A stretch of DNA of 60,232 nucleotides, filler included, from Dugesia japonica (GCA_001938525.1; 5 parts of 5 records of this genome joined end to end with filler, not necessarily neighbours in it), one strand, 5' to 3'; numbered from the whole stretch's first letter, positions 35,776 through 49,794 are shown. Made by a program: numbers and translations. Notes: generated by a model not told the origin, from the sequence alone.

Positions 35776-38700
35776 TAGTGGATAATCTCGCATCGAAATT
35801 AAGTAAGGATCTTTGAGCCCTAATGCCCATCGTTGTTAGTCAACGATGAATACCATCCCAGTCTTCCGATTTTATCTAATAAATATAATTCAAATTTACT
35901 TTGTAGTCTGTTGATGATAGAACCGAGTTTCTTTTTAATAGAAATATAACTGTCTAGTAAAATTGACAAATGAAAATTAATATTAAAATGTTAAATGTTA
36001 AAAAATGGTAAAATGTTAAATGTTAAAAAATGGTAAAAATGGTAATTTGCTGGATGGTATCTTTTCTTTTACACTGCACTGTAATATCAATTTTGACAGT
36101 TGCAGTAAGCAGTTCTACAAATATTTGAAAAATCATTGAATTGAATACCTCTGAAATATTAATTTAACTTTCCATTTTCTTTTATTAAATGTAAGTCTAA
36201 TTTCTTAACTCCGTTTTCTTCTTCCGAATTAAAAAATATTTAACTAAAATAATAATAAAATTATTTCTTATTATTCAAATACTTTTATTATAATAATATA
36301 AATGTTTATATCGACATTACAATAATTTTAATACTGTTCTTATTATACTGTTAATAATAATTTACGTCTTAACCATTTTCTCGTAAACTCGTTCGACTTT
36401 AATAAAATCTTTTACTATAAATTGCTTTTGTTTTAATCTTAATTTACGAAATAACTATCTTTTTTATATACCTATAATTCTATAACATAAATATAATTAT
36501 AAATAATAACATATCACACACTCTAATTTTCGCTTTCGTTCGTTATTTCTCCTGTATCATTTCTTGACATTATTCATATATTTCATTGTTAACTTTCTTT
36601 TTATTTCGTGAGCCATAATTTATTAAATGATTTTCTTTTATTACGGAATTTATTATTTGACCCATTGTACTTTAATTCATTAACTATTGTTTCTTTTGAT
36701 CACTTTACCGTTGATTATTTTCCTTTGAGCATTTTATCGTTGACTATTATTTATTTTCTGCCCTTCACATTCTGGTAATAAATATTCGTTATGATCACTG
36801 GTTTCTGTATTCCTTAATTTTTATGATTAATTCTGATTTATGCCATATTTCAAACTTTGACTTTATTCTGATGATTTAAGTTTATTCTTTTCTTCTATTT
36901 TTATTTCTATTTAGTTCTAGGTTATTAATTCAATGCAATTTTCATTTAATCTAATTTAATTTGAGGGAGTTGTCACTTTAATTATTCTTTATTGTCATGG
37001 TTAATATTCCTCTTACTTTTATTACTTCAGTAGCATTGTCTCCTCTTTTCACTAGTTCAACTTTGTTTAAATGTTCATGATATCAACAGGCCTGTTTCAG
37101 CCCAGCATATCCAATAGTAATTGTATCTTACCAACAATAAACAATGTTAAATGATGTACATGAAATAAAATAAAATCCATCATATGTACTTAAACCTAGT
37201 ATGGTACATGCTGAACATATAAAATATTTTCTACCGTAATAAATAAGACTATAGTATATCTGCAATACTTCATGAAGTACAGTAAACATTTATCTAAAAT
37301 AATATTGATATAAAGTGTAACATAATAATCATTAAAAATTATATACAATGTCAATAAAACTCATGAAATTGCTATATTATAATCAAATCAATAAAATTAA
37401 AATTGATAAATATATTAAGTCAGGTAAAATCATACTTAAAAGTAATAAAAACTTAAAAATATATATTTATCATTCATTAAAATTAGTAAGTTAAATCATT
37501 AAATTAAATCATTTACAATAAAAGTTTAAATGAAATTATAATCAAATTAAAAAAATAATTAACTTATAATTATTTAAGAATGTCATTAACCAAGAATTTA
37601 ATCTTAATAAATCTAACCAATTTAATAAATTCCTTTGATGCATCATTTATTTTTCAGTCTAAAATATAAACCAATAAAAATAAATAAATTAATTAAACTT
37701 ACCATGTTAAAGTTTCTCGTCATATTTGTTGAAATATTTTTCTTTGGATTTATTTTGTTTATATCTATTAGAATCTTATAATGAATCTTAGGCATAAGGA
37801 ATTTAAATTTATTGTTTGCTTCAATATACCTAGGAACTTAAAAAATGCCGGAAAAAAATATTAAGATTACCCGAACACACATTTCTAAACCATCACCCTC
37901 ACAGGATGATTTTTAAAATTCTTAAAATCAACTCAAAATGGAAAGACCTATAACAACTTCTCTGTTTTTATCAATAATAATATTACTTGAAATTTAAGCC
38001 CAATATTTGATAGCGTTCTTCAAACGATTACCTTAAATACATAAAAATTAACGGGTTTTCATCTCTAAAGAGTAAAGGTAGTTCATTATCAAATTATTAA
38101 ATTCATCTCAATTAATATAATACAATTAATAAACCAAACACACTCATAAATCTAACGAACCCATTAAGTATTTTAAAAAAAACAATTCAAAATCAAATGA
38201 CCTCAATGAAATATAAACAGTATATTTTTTTATAATTTTATTAAATCAATTTTATTAAATCAACCATCATAACCCAAAAATCATCAACCGACCCTCATTC
38301 TGTCGCTATTTCCATTTTTTCAATATATACTTAAGCAGTTACACATCAGAACCATCAAATAGAAAATACTAACACTTAACACCCTTTTAACATGTTCTTA
38401 TTTTTATATCATTCTTTATTTGTTCAATTGTTTTTAATTTTTTTTAATTTTTCGCCACTTCTTTTGGTTTTGATGGTGATTGTCTTATTAGATTGTAACT
38501 ATGGGTTAAAATTTTCCTGAGTGTTACAATGATGAGTTATCACGTTTAAGTTAAAAAGAGTGTGGTATTATGAGTTTTGGCGAGATTTGTATAAATTTGG
38601 GTTTGAATGAAAGAGGAGAAGGTGTGGTAGATGATGATGCGTGGTTTGGGTATTTTTAGTGTGTAAAAACTGAAAATTTTCAAATTTCGGATGCCCCGGA

Positions 38701-41700
38701 TTCCCATTCAAAATTGATTTAAAAAATTTAAATTTTCATATTATTTAAACAACATGAACGGTTTATCAGGATTCATATAAAAAATTTCATAAAATTTTTC
38801 CCAACTAAAAGGTGGAACAAATACTGTTGCTTAAAAACGTAAAAAATATTACCCCTTAAAAATGATTATAAAAATTTTCCCAATTAAAAAGCCTAAAATT
38901 TAAAAATAATTCAGCAAGCTTTTCAAAATTCGAGTAGAAGTTACATAATTTTTTAGGATTAAGTTTCATTAAATCACTTATCCTGGGGGATACCGAATTT
39001 GTGCAGAGGTTGTCCACCACTATCCCTCTAGTAATATTACACAAATTCATATTTATAAATTTGTTATTTTCATTTTAATACTGCATTATTTATATAAATC
39101 AATAATTCGTGTTGAATCTTATTCGAGTAAAGAGGTGAAAATCTGATGTGAGAACATCGTCACTTATTGTCCGCAGGGTCTATCACTTCCCGACTCGTTT
39201 CTGAGTTATCAGGTTTTTGTGATTTTGAGTAGCGTAGTTTCATTTTAAGCAGTCATTAATCTGGTCAAGGCGATAATTTATGAAGAAATTTGACAATTAC
39301 TTTATCTCACAAAGTGGCTGTCATGTTCATTTATTTTATGGTTTATCCTTCAATCGTAAAATAATGAAACAGTATTAATCAAATAAATAAATAAGTTAGA
39401 TTGTTGAATTATTCTAATACAATTGAGATAATTACTATTGTTGGTAATTTATAGTTTAATGAAATAACGAAATATTAATATTAGTTATTATAAAAGTATA
39501 ACTTTAAAAGATTTGTAAAAATAAGTTAATTAAACAATTATTAAATTGTTATTCATTACTGAAGACTGAACAAAATTCGATATAAAAAAATTAGTTAATG
39601 AAATTATTCTGACCATAATACAATAGTATAAATAGTACCAAATTTTCCACTTAGAAGAAAAACCATTTTTAAAATAAGATTAGATTTCCCCGATCCTCAC
39701 CAGCAGCTCATAACGCATCTTTAAATTTAATTTATTTTACTTCTTTTGTTACTCTTTTTCTATATTTTTAAACATTTACAATTCACAACTTATTTGTATC
39801 GTTGGATTTGACTTCAAGTGTTTGTGTATAAATAAATTTCAATATCCATATACTCGACTTTATTAGCGTGGCACTCTCGATTGGTTTATTTTATTAACAG
39901 TACAAGCTCTCTCTCCTTCATTGACAGGAGTTCATTTGCTATTTGTTGAACTCAAATTTTCTCCTTCCGTTTTATCATGTTTGGCAATCGAACTTGAATT
40001 TTTTCAACTGCTACTTTTAAACCCTCGCTCTCTTACTTTACTCATTAGACTCGTCCCATTTATCTCACTGATTGGATTTGTTTACTTGGTATCTCGAATT
40101 CTCTTTAGTTCTGTTTCCTCATTATTTCAGGATCTTTCAATTTTGTTATATTATTATTTCGTGTTTCCTATCATTTTGTTTCATGCCATTTCATGTTTAT
40201 TTTAATTCAGTTACATTGACAGTACCAATTTCTTTTACCTCCGTTTCATTGTCATTTAACATTCCTTCTCATTCTGTTTTATTGGTATTTCGAGCCTTCT
40301 TTGATTCTGCTTCAATGATATCGCAGGATTCACTAATTCTATTTGATTATTATTTCAAGTTTTTTTTAATTTGGATCCACGCTGCTGGGGATGATCTCGG
40401 CTACCATTTTTGTCTTCACACAAAACTGTAAATTACTTTGTAAATTTATTCGCCTGGAAATCTCTCTGAACAAATATAATTTCAACAATTTTCACTTTAA
40501 ATTTTTAAAATAGATTTGAAAAAAGTTTTAGTGAGTCTTTTTCGTTTATCGTTTAATTCTTTTATAGTAGTCTTTTTAGTAGGTGTTGTCGTTATATATG
40601 GTTCTATTATTTAATTCATTGAATCGTTTATTAAATCATTTCGTAAATCCAATGCAACCCACCTTTATCGATTGCTATTCCATGTAGCTTTCTGTTATCT
40701 TTTCCACTAATACGTTTCTACACAGATTTTGTGCATCTATACCGTACGTTACAGTAGACCTCCAATACATGTGATCATCCACCCCTACAATTTTTTCTGA
40801 CTAATTTTCTTTCAGAGATAATTTGAAAGGTCAAATTGATGTGACCTTATATAATGGTATAAAATATAATTAAATATTATTATCAACTATAATTATAAAT
40901 AACAAAATATAACCAATAATATTTTTATAATAATTATTACTAACGAATACCACTTCTGAAATTCATTTTTAAATTTTATAATGACATTCATTTGGGTGGT
41001 AATATATACTTAGGATAATAATAGTTTAATAATGATCAAGTTTTTTGTTTCAATTAACTGTCAATATTGGCTTTCATTATATTAACCAAATTTAATAAAT
41101 ATTTATTTTATGATAATGGCACATGCATTATCTTTGGAATTTTTTATATTATATTTTCTTTTATAATTATTCAAAATATAAAATAATTAAATATAATTTA
41201 TAATATATAAAACTATTCAATTGTCATTTCTGTATTTGCTTCTCTAGACTTTCTCGATTATTATTTTAAATTAAATTATTTTATTCATTTGTCAACCATT
41301 TTCATCATTTAATTTCTTTATCTAATATATTTATTTGTTATTTCTCTTAGATTAATCTCTTTATCAACATCTAATTTATTTAGTTTCTTTATTAAATCGT
41401 TCTTTATTAAGTTTCTGTTTTCAATTATGTTATTTATTATTTCCACTTTACCTAGAGCTCTCTGATGTTTCTTTGTCAATTTTGTTTATTTATTCCTCGC
41501 AATATTTGTTTTTTGATATTCGTTTATTATTTTAACTTATTAAATTATACAATCATGTGACTCTCAATTATTTATTACTTGCCATTTCACTACTTCATTT
41601 CTTATTTTACCTCTTGTACATTAGAGCCGTTCGAGTTCAACATTACTATTATTATTAATAATTTTAATATTATCAGTATTATACTTATAATTATTATTAT

Positions 41701-42487
41701 GATTACTAATTAAATTATTATTATCTTTATTTTCATATTATTATTAACCCATTTTGAATGGTGTTCCCATATTTCAACAGTTTGCTTTATCATATTAACT
41801 TCGATATCGATTGTCTAGTATAGATTATGATTACATCAGTAGATATCTAACAAGTGTGAAAAGTGTATGGTTCAGTGATTCAGCACGTTTGAGCTTTTTA
41901 GTGTTTTATTAAAATAATCATGAATTTGTGCAAAGAAATTCGGGCAAAAACGAGTTAATAAATTAATACAATCAATAATATTATCAATATTATTATCATT
42001 ATATTAATAAAATAAAATAACAGAAATATTGGATATAAAAATAAATCAAATAATTTATTTACATTTTTTTTTTGAATTTTAATGTGAAAATTATTTGAAA
42101 TAGTTAGAGATTTTTAATTTATTATCACAAATGAATCAATACAATTATGCTGTCAATTGAACATGTAGAGAAATCATTTTACACTGTAATTACGTAATCC
42201 GATATATTCCTTCATATATAAAATAATAATTATTTTTATTTTCACCATATTGAATATGACTTTCAAAATCGTAATTTTCGTTTTGTTATTTATTTTACCA
42301 TTAAACAATAGTTTGATTCCGAGAATCTGTAGCGATAATGCAACTCTATCAAATTCTGTTTGCTGCCCATTTTCACAGAGTAATTTTACTGTAGAATTTT
42401 GGTGAAATATTGTTAATATTTTCAGATATGGTTTGTAATGGCCCAAAACGGGGTATTTGTGATTTTGTTAGATTGATTCAAAATCAA

Positions 42488-42587
42488 NNNNNNNNNNNNN
42501 NNNNNNNNNNNNNNNNNNNNNNNNNNNNNNNTTAATTAATTAANNNNNNNNNNNNNNNNNNNNNNNNNNNNNNNNNNNNNNNNNNNN
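42488..42587. other. Artificial contig spacer
   Basis: 44N-TTAATTAATTAA-44N. Confidence 0.97.
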
Positions 42588-44299
42588 TTATAAACGTCAA
42601 GTTAATGTTCACTTAAATTTAACAACAATTTATTTAAAGCTTCAGGTAATACTTCGGTAATTTATTACATAATACATTAAGAAATCAAAATTTCAATGCA
42701 TAATTATTAAAATACATTAGGTTAAATTTACATGAAAATGACAGAACTACTAAATAAGTGATAAAAAATGGTGTGCTTTATATCCTTATATGCTTTATAT
42801 ATATATAAAATATATAATATAATATAATATATAAAATAATATAATATATTATAATATAATAATATAATATAACATAGAAAATATAAAATTCTTTGGTTTA
42901 TTAAGTTATAAATTTTAAAAATTTAAACATAGGGTTATTTATTCGATTATAAATAATAGATTACATCAACTCGTAGCTAAAGATTATATTTAAAAATATT
43001 AACACGTCAGATAAACAAATTAACAACTAATACAATTTAATAAATAAATTGAATATGTATAAACCGAAAACAGATATTCCACTCTAAAATATTAATTGTA
43101 TTTCAAAAATAATTTCATTGGTTTGTATAAAGTCATCTAAATTATTAATGAAAAGAACAAATCCAAACATGCAAATACCATAAGTTATTTAATTGAGAAA
43201 ATTATAATTTAAATAATTATAAACGCTCAACAATTTAAATTATCTGATGATTTTATGAAAACTATTTTTAGCAACAGTTCTTTATCTCAATAACCGCCAC
43301 GCACTCATCCATATCGAAATGTATGCCTTGATAAAATATAATAAATTAGTTAATCACTTATTTGATTTATTTATTAAAAAATACATCCTTCAGAAAAATT
43401 AATAAGAATTTGAAGACATCACATCGCTTATCAATAATTTTTAGTAAATGCCGCATACATATACTTCTATTTATAATCTAATAAGGTATTTTTACATTTT
43501 TATTACAACTCTTGGCCAATAGAATTAAATATACATAAATAAAATTTGTTGATATTCGAACATATACCACTCTTAACAATTTAACCACTGTGTGAAACAT
43601 AAACAATTCAATTTAGATTTGTTCATTGCGGTGTGTGAATCATACTTGTTTCACTCAAGGAACTTTCGTAGTTTACCTATGATTGGAATCTGAATTAAAT
43701 GCTTATGGATAATAACAATATAAATTGGTTCGGGAATCATATATTTTTAATGCTATTGCAGTCAATATGTCAATATTAATTCGTTATTGTTTTTAATATT
43801 CTCTTTAACTGAGAAAATTTTGAAATTAAAAATCATTTAATTCGAAATTTTTAATTTTTAATTGGTAAGTTGATAAATAATTAATACCTGATGACATTAT
43901 TTACTCAGTGAAAAATGAAATGTAGATGCAAAATTATTGTCTATTTTGTGTTATTTTTCCAATTGAAATTTTAATATCACCAACAATGAAAAAAATTTCT
44001 CTTTTTATTTACTAAAATCTTAAAGAGAAACAGCTGTGAATAAGAATATTAAATTTTTTTCTATTAAAAATATCAAATTGTTTGTATTTGTTGGATATTT
44101 TTTCTTGGTTTATTTATAAAACAAATTGTTAATATTTTTAGTAGAAAAAAATATTATTTGCAGTTAAATATGATCGAATTAATAAAATTATGAAAATATG
44201 ATTAAACTTTGAAAATAAATTAATTGATAATCTTAATAATAATAGTAATAATAATAACAATAATAGTAAAAATAATAATTATTATTTTACAATTACAAT

Positions 44300-46297
44300 T
44301 ATTGCGAGAACAATTCTTGGACTTAACCACCGATCGTATTTGAGATTTCATTAAAATAAAAGCTTCGATCAAAATTTGTTTTTGTTTTTGATGATAATTC
44401 TGATTTTCGACTTTGTCTTCGTCAGGAATTGACTTTTAATTTTTTTATATTTATTTTTTTTAATTGGTTAATTTTTTTAATTATTTAAAATTAAATTGAT
44501 TTTAGGTTTATCATTTTTAATTAGTAATTCTTCATGTTTTTCCTGTAAAGTGTGGAAATGTAGCCTGTTTCTAGTGTTTTCCCTATTATATGATGTTGTT
44601 CTAGTGAAATTTTAAGTTTTTGTTTGAAGATTTCACTTTATTTGCTTGAGATGTTCCTTAATTCTTGTTCAAATGGTTCCACATGTTTCACTATATAAGT
44701 TTCCTTAAATATGGTGCATGTTATTTTACAAGTGACATTTTTCTTATTAACCTATATTAATACCAACACAAATAAATTTTGGACCACAAAAGTTTTGTGG
44801 TTTCTGTAATTGGATGCCCAAAGGTTTTGTAAGTAATTCTTGGATTGTTCTTGAGTTCATATTTTTTTATTATATTTTGCATGATTTCTCATTAATAAAA
44901 AGTAATGTAATAACTGTGTTTGTTTTTGATTTAATTCTATTATATTTTGTATTCGGAGATAAATATTTTGATATTATTTTATTTGGTAACCGTTATTTAA
45001 GAATTTATCTTTTATCAACTTGAAAGAAATCAATTTCATTTCTTCATTTGAAGATAGTTGAATTCTTTCANNNNNNNNNNNNNNNNNNNNNNNNNNNNNN
45101 NNNNNNNNNNNNNNNNNNNNNNNNNNNNNNNNNNNNNNNNNNNNNNNNNNNNNNNNNNNNNNNNNNNNNNNNNNNNNNNNNNNNNNNNNNNNNNNNNNNN
45201 AGAAAAGGAATCTGAAAGTCAAATTACTTCTCTAAAGTCAATTTAATGTTACCATTAATACTATTGAAATTTCTAAAATTTTATCTAAGTAACACTGAAA
45301 ATATCATTTATGTATCTAAACCATAGATGAATTTTCCTGTTTGATTTAAGAATTATTTGATTTTCATTGAATTTCATGAAAATTATAGCCAGAATGGGAG
45401 ATAAATAGTTACCCATTAAAAAGCTGTTCACCGATGAAAATGCTATCAAAGAGACACAAATTAATTAAGACATTTGAAATCATTTTTTTGGTGATATCTG
45501 GAATATATTCTTTGTATCTTTCAAAGAAGTCACTTACAATATCAATGAAATTTTCAGATCCTTCAATTGGAATTTATCCATATATATTTGTTATATATAA
45601 TGAACCAAATTTATCGTCAGTCTTCCATCATAATTTTTAATTTGTTCGAAAAAATTTTAACTATTCTTTAAATTTGCCGGTATGAAATTTAATGGTGATT
45701 TTAGTATATCTACCATAAGTTTGCATAATGCAGTACAATGAGTGTCAGAAGCGTTAACAATAGGTCTTCCTTTCACTGTGGTTTTCTGGTTTTTAGGAAC
45801 ACAGTACATCGAGGATGGAACTGGTTCATGACATTTGACTGTTAAAAGTAAAGATGTTATTGGGTCTTCATATTTTTTCCGAAATTTGAATTAATTGTTA
45901 ATTGAATTTAATTTCTTTTGTAGTTAATAGTCTTTTNNNNNNTGTTGTTTCATAATTATTTTACTGTTCAGAATAAATGCATTGTATGTCTATTCAGATA
46001 AAGCTACCAATTTATTTGATTTTGTCTATTGGTGTAATGATAATTGATTTTAAATATTTAATTTCCTTAATAATTTGACTTTTATCAGATAAGATAAAAA
46101 TACTAGGATCAGGTTACATTTCCACACTTCAAAGGAAAAAACATGAAGAATTACTAATTAAAGAAAAACCTAAAATCAATGTAATTTACAATAATTAAAT
46201 AAATTAACCAATTAAAATTCAATAAAATAAATTCCAAAAAATATTTCTATTGTAATAATAAATATTGATTAAATAAAAAATTCAATCCCTGACGAAC
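44300..46297 (-). mobile_element. Penelope-like retroelement (RT + GIY-YIG), 5'-truncated, with an inverted copy of its 3' end
   Basis: IIITPIDK; PSSMYCVPKNQKTTVKGRPIVNASD; WFRYINDIF; FLNNGY; KNVTCKITCTIFKETYI..ET..TRIKEH; KHEELLIK..PKIN. 46085-46297 is an inverted copy of ~44415-44595. Confidence 0.9.
44396..44430 (-). ncRNA. Minimal hammerhead ribozyme motif in the Penelope 3' pseudo-LTR
   Basis: aauuc CUGACGA AGACAAAGUC GAAA AUCA gaauu; perfect 5-bp stem I; U16.1 appears mutated to C. Confidence 0.6.
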
Positions 46298-46643
46298 NNN
46301 NNNNNNNNNNNNNNNNNNNNNNNNNNNNNNNNNNNNNNNNNNNNNNNNNNNNNNNNNNNNNNNNNNNNNNNNNNNNNNNNNNNNNNNNNNNNNNNNNNNN
46401 NNNNNNNNNNNNNNNNNNNNNNNNNNNNNNNNNNNNNNNNNNNNNNNNNNNNNNNNNNNNNNNNNNNNNNNNNNNNNNNNNNNNNNNNNNNNNTATGACT
46501 TCACAAAATTATATCATAAATAGATTAGATGGACCAATATCGTAAATTAAAAAATTATATTAAATCGTAATCTTTAAGTTTATATAAGAAATGAATAATT
46601 ATATCAAAATTTAATTTATTTTTCAAACATTCAAGAATTTAAA

Positions 46644-46830
46644 TTACAGGATAATGATAAAGTCAATGTTTTCACCACAAGATGGACAAACAGGGTAGTC
46701 TGTATTTTGTACTCTTTCAAAACATGATATAAAAATCTATATGTGTTGACATGGTATAATAAGGGCATTCTTTGGTTCTTCTGGCTCTTTTGGTTCGATT
46801 TTTGAATCATTTTCATTGTCATCTGAAGAA
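46644..46830 (-). pseudogene. Degenerate C3HC4-type (IAP/Mdm2-like) RING finger remnant
   Basis: In a frame not shown in the ORF track: EPEEPKNALIIPCQHI*IFISCFERVQNTDYPVCPSCGENIDFIIIL*. Confidence 0.6.
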
Positions 46831-47029
46831 ATATTTATTGGATCATTATTTTAATTTGGATTGCAGCATATTATTTTTTTTAATTTACGATATTAATCAA
46901 CATTGCTTGTTACGAAATAAAGAAAAAAATTAATTTACGATACACAATATTCACGGTATAATTCCCATATTACGATCAGTTTTATTCGACACAAGTAAAG
47001 GCACTCTACTAATAATAATATTAACAATA

Positions 47030-47032
<3 letters not shown>

Positions 47033-47095
<63 letters not shown>

Positions 47096-47145
47096 NNNNN
47101 NNNNNNNNNNNNNNNNNNNNNNNNNNNNNNNNNNNNNNNNNNNNN

Positions 47146-47212
<67 letters not shown>
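47033..47212. repeat. (AAT)n microsatellite
   Basis: Direct reading. Confidence 0.95.
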
Positions 47213-47213
<1 letters not shown>

Positions 47214-47424
47214 GAGGACCATACCTATAAAGTAATATGATTTCATAGAAATATCGTAAATAGATTAAATTAACCAATATTGTAAATTAAAAACTATACA
47301 TTAAATCGTAATACTTATTTAAGCTTTATATCGTTAATGAAAAAATATATCAAAATTTAAAGAAAATGTAGGAAAATATACATTGTTTAAAATTTTGACG
47401 CCCCAATATGTTGAGGCTCTAGAT

Positions 47425-47723
47425 CAGTGATGAATAACTCGTGGCCCAGAACTATATTACATGTGGCCCACGACCCAAATCCATGAAAAATCCAAACTGT
47501 CTTTTTTATAGAAATATAATTCTATGCAATCAATGTTTCACGTATTCACAACGATCTCCTCCTCCAAAATAGTAGCTGCAAAATGACACTTTAACAGTGA
47601 TATATTACATTTTCGAAGTTATATAGTATAGTATAGTATCTACAATATCAGTGATGCACAATTTGCGGCCCGAAAATTTTTTATGCATGACCCGCGACTA
47701 CAAAAAAAGGTTGTGCATCACTA
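47425..47723. mobile_element. hAT (Charlie/Buster-type) MITE
   Basis: CAGTGATG...CATCACTA termini; 8-bp TSD ctctagat/ttctaggt; extra internal TIR copy at 47649. Confidence 0.75.
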
Positions 47724-49794
47724 TTCTAGGTACTTACTAATTTACAATTATAAACTATTAATTTTTTACTGTAGTTAACTAAAAAAAATTGATATTAATA
47801 AATAAATAACAAATATTTAGGTAATATATATTCATTTTTGGAATCGATTTAATTATTTATAAATACGTTAATTATCAATTCCAATAAATATTAAATATAT
47901 AAATAAATATATATAAATATAGTATCTTACAGAATTCTAAAATTGTTTAAATGTTATTTTAAATTAATTATTTTTTTAATGTTTTTAATTTTCTAATATA
48001 ATGTTATAATTATTGATTACAGATTTTTATTGACAAAATATCCGTTGTAGTATAATTTATATAATTATAGAAAAATTGGAATAGAATTATTGGAATAAAT
48101 AATATCAATAATTTGAATAATTCTAATTAAATTATTTAAATTTAGAAGCAAATAAAAAATTAAACATAAATAAAAATGAAGTCTCAAACATAAATGAAAA
48201 TAATATTAATAAAAATGAAGTCGCAATCATAAATTAAAACAACGTTTCTCAAAATAAAACTTGACACAATTATTATTTTAAGTGCAGTTGGATAGTGAAG
48301 TCAATAATTTATAGAAATCAGTGGAAACCTCAGAAATATTCGCATGAAATATTTTATAAACAATTAATGTAAGTAGCACAATATTTTCAATAGAGAATAT
48401 TTACGCTATTTTAAAATTTTTATTTCATGAAAAATATTATTTATAATTTTTAAAAATAATTAATTTTATCTATTGAATGAATTACAAAATCTACAAATCA
48501 CTTTGTAATACTCTACGCACCAGCGAATCTTTGAGGTAATTTAACAAAAATGGATTAATACTTAAATGTATAAATTTTCAATGCTATTCTCAGCCTATTC
48601 AGAATACAAAATTATAATCTGAATTCGAATTTTTATAAAATAATTTAAATATGTAAACGCCGTAAATATCGTAATATACAATTTTATCATTATTATACTA
48701 TCATTTCTTACTTATTATATTATAATTATATCAGATTTGTAAGAAAAATATTTCGTTTTTGACTTTTAATTCAACGATAACTCAAATTGAATTATTACAA
48801 TAGCAACCATTACATTCAACATATGCTTGCCAACGGGAAACAAGCTTAGCACGTCATATTTTCCAAAAATATTTTAATATTTTAATTCTCGACATAATAA
48901 GTAAAAATGTCTTGATAGATTTTATTAATACTTTTGTAACATATATGTCATATGTTTTTAGCATAAAAGGTCATCAAAGATCTCGTGTTTAAAGGATAAA
49001 AAAGTTATATAGATTATCATCTATACGTGTTATAACGTGTTACACATTATAGATTTTATTGATGATATCAAATCTAAATTTTTACATGTCCTTTATAAAT
49101 TATTGATATTTTACTTCTTATAATCACTTTAAAAATATAAGTATTTTAAAATATAATAATTTACAGTAAAGAAAAATCCTTTTGACAACATTCGCTGTAT
49201 GAAAACTGATTAAATGGAATATTAAATATTTCAATCATTTTAATTCAGGTGTTTTAAACGCTTTAAATTGAAATTTCTACACTTAGAAAATTACACATTA
49301 AGAAAACGAAAATATTAAAAATAATTTATACGCCATTAATGAAAATATTTGTTTTATACGTAGCACATTAATATCGGCACCGTAATACAAATTTGAAAGA
49401 ATTACTGTAAATGACATTAAAATAATTCTGGATTGTTTACATATTTCAATACATTTCAGAAACATATTTACTTTTCACTTATTTTAAATATACCTAGACA
49501 TGTTTTCATATTTAATTTTAAAATTAAGAAATATTTTTAAATATTTTTTTACAAATTTATACTAACTGTAGAAACATTTCCTCTGAATTATTGTATTTCA
49601 TATATTGAATCATTAGTGTATAAATCAAGATGTTTTATTTTTAGTTTTTCTCGAATTTTAGACAGTAATCTTTATTAGGAAGATGTTATTTGATTTTTAA
49701 AAGTCTATTAAAATAAATANATAGTTAAAATATTTTAAAACAAATTTTATTTTATTAAATTCTTATTTAACTATTTTTGATTAACTTTTATTTA

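Larger units (their letters stand above)
46494..47360 (+). repeat. ~120-bp diverged direct repeats (46494-46615 and 47237-47360)
   Basis: Both contain taaatagatta..accaatat.gtaaattaaaaa.tata.attaaatcgtaat..atatcaaaatttaa. Confidence 0.75.

Noticed and set aside
37600-37930. Exon-like segments on the minus strand with 41-44 nt GT-AG introns (YIEANNKFKFLMPK...)
   Set aside because: Could not be joined in a consistent phase without stops; no homology recognised.
39552-39602. Additional hammerhead (ttcatta CTGAAGA..GATA..taatgaa); similar CTGANGA hits at 19769, 43244 and 43888
   Set aside because: GAAA box or NUH triplet missing and no pLTR context; such hits are expected by chance in AT-rich DNA.
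42174-42446. 90-aa minus-strand ORF with two possible micro-introns
   Set aside because: No recognisable domain and truncated by the contig end; cannot be supported.
43141-43600. Long frame punctuated by TAA stops, suggesting stop-codon reassignment
   Set aside because: The laminin and GPCR exons contain no in-frame TAA/TAG, and TAA terminates the GPCR; ordinary pseudogene decay or chance is more likely.
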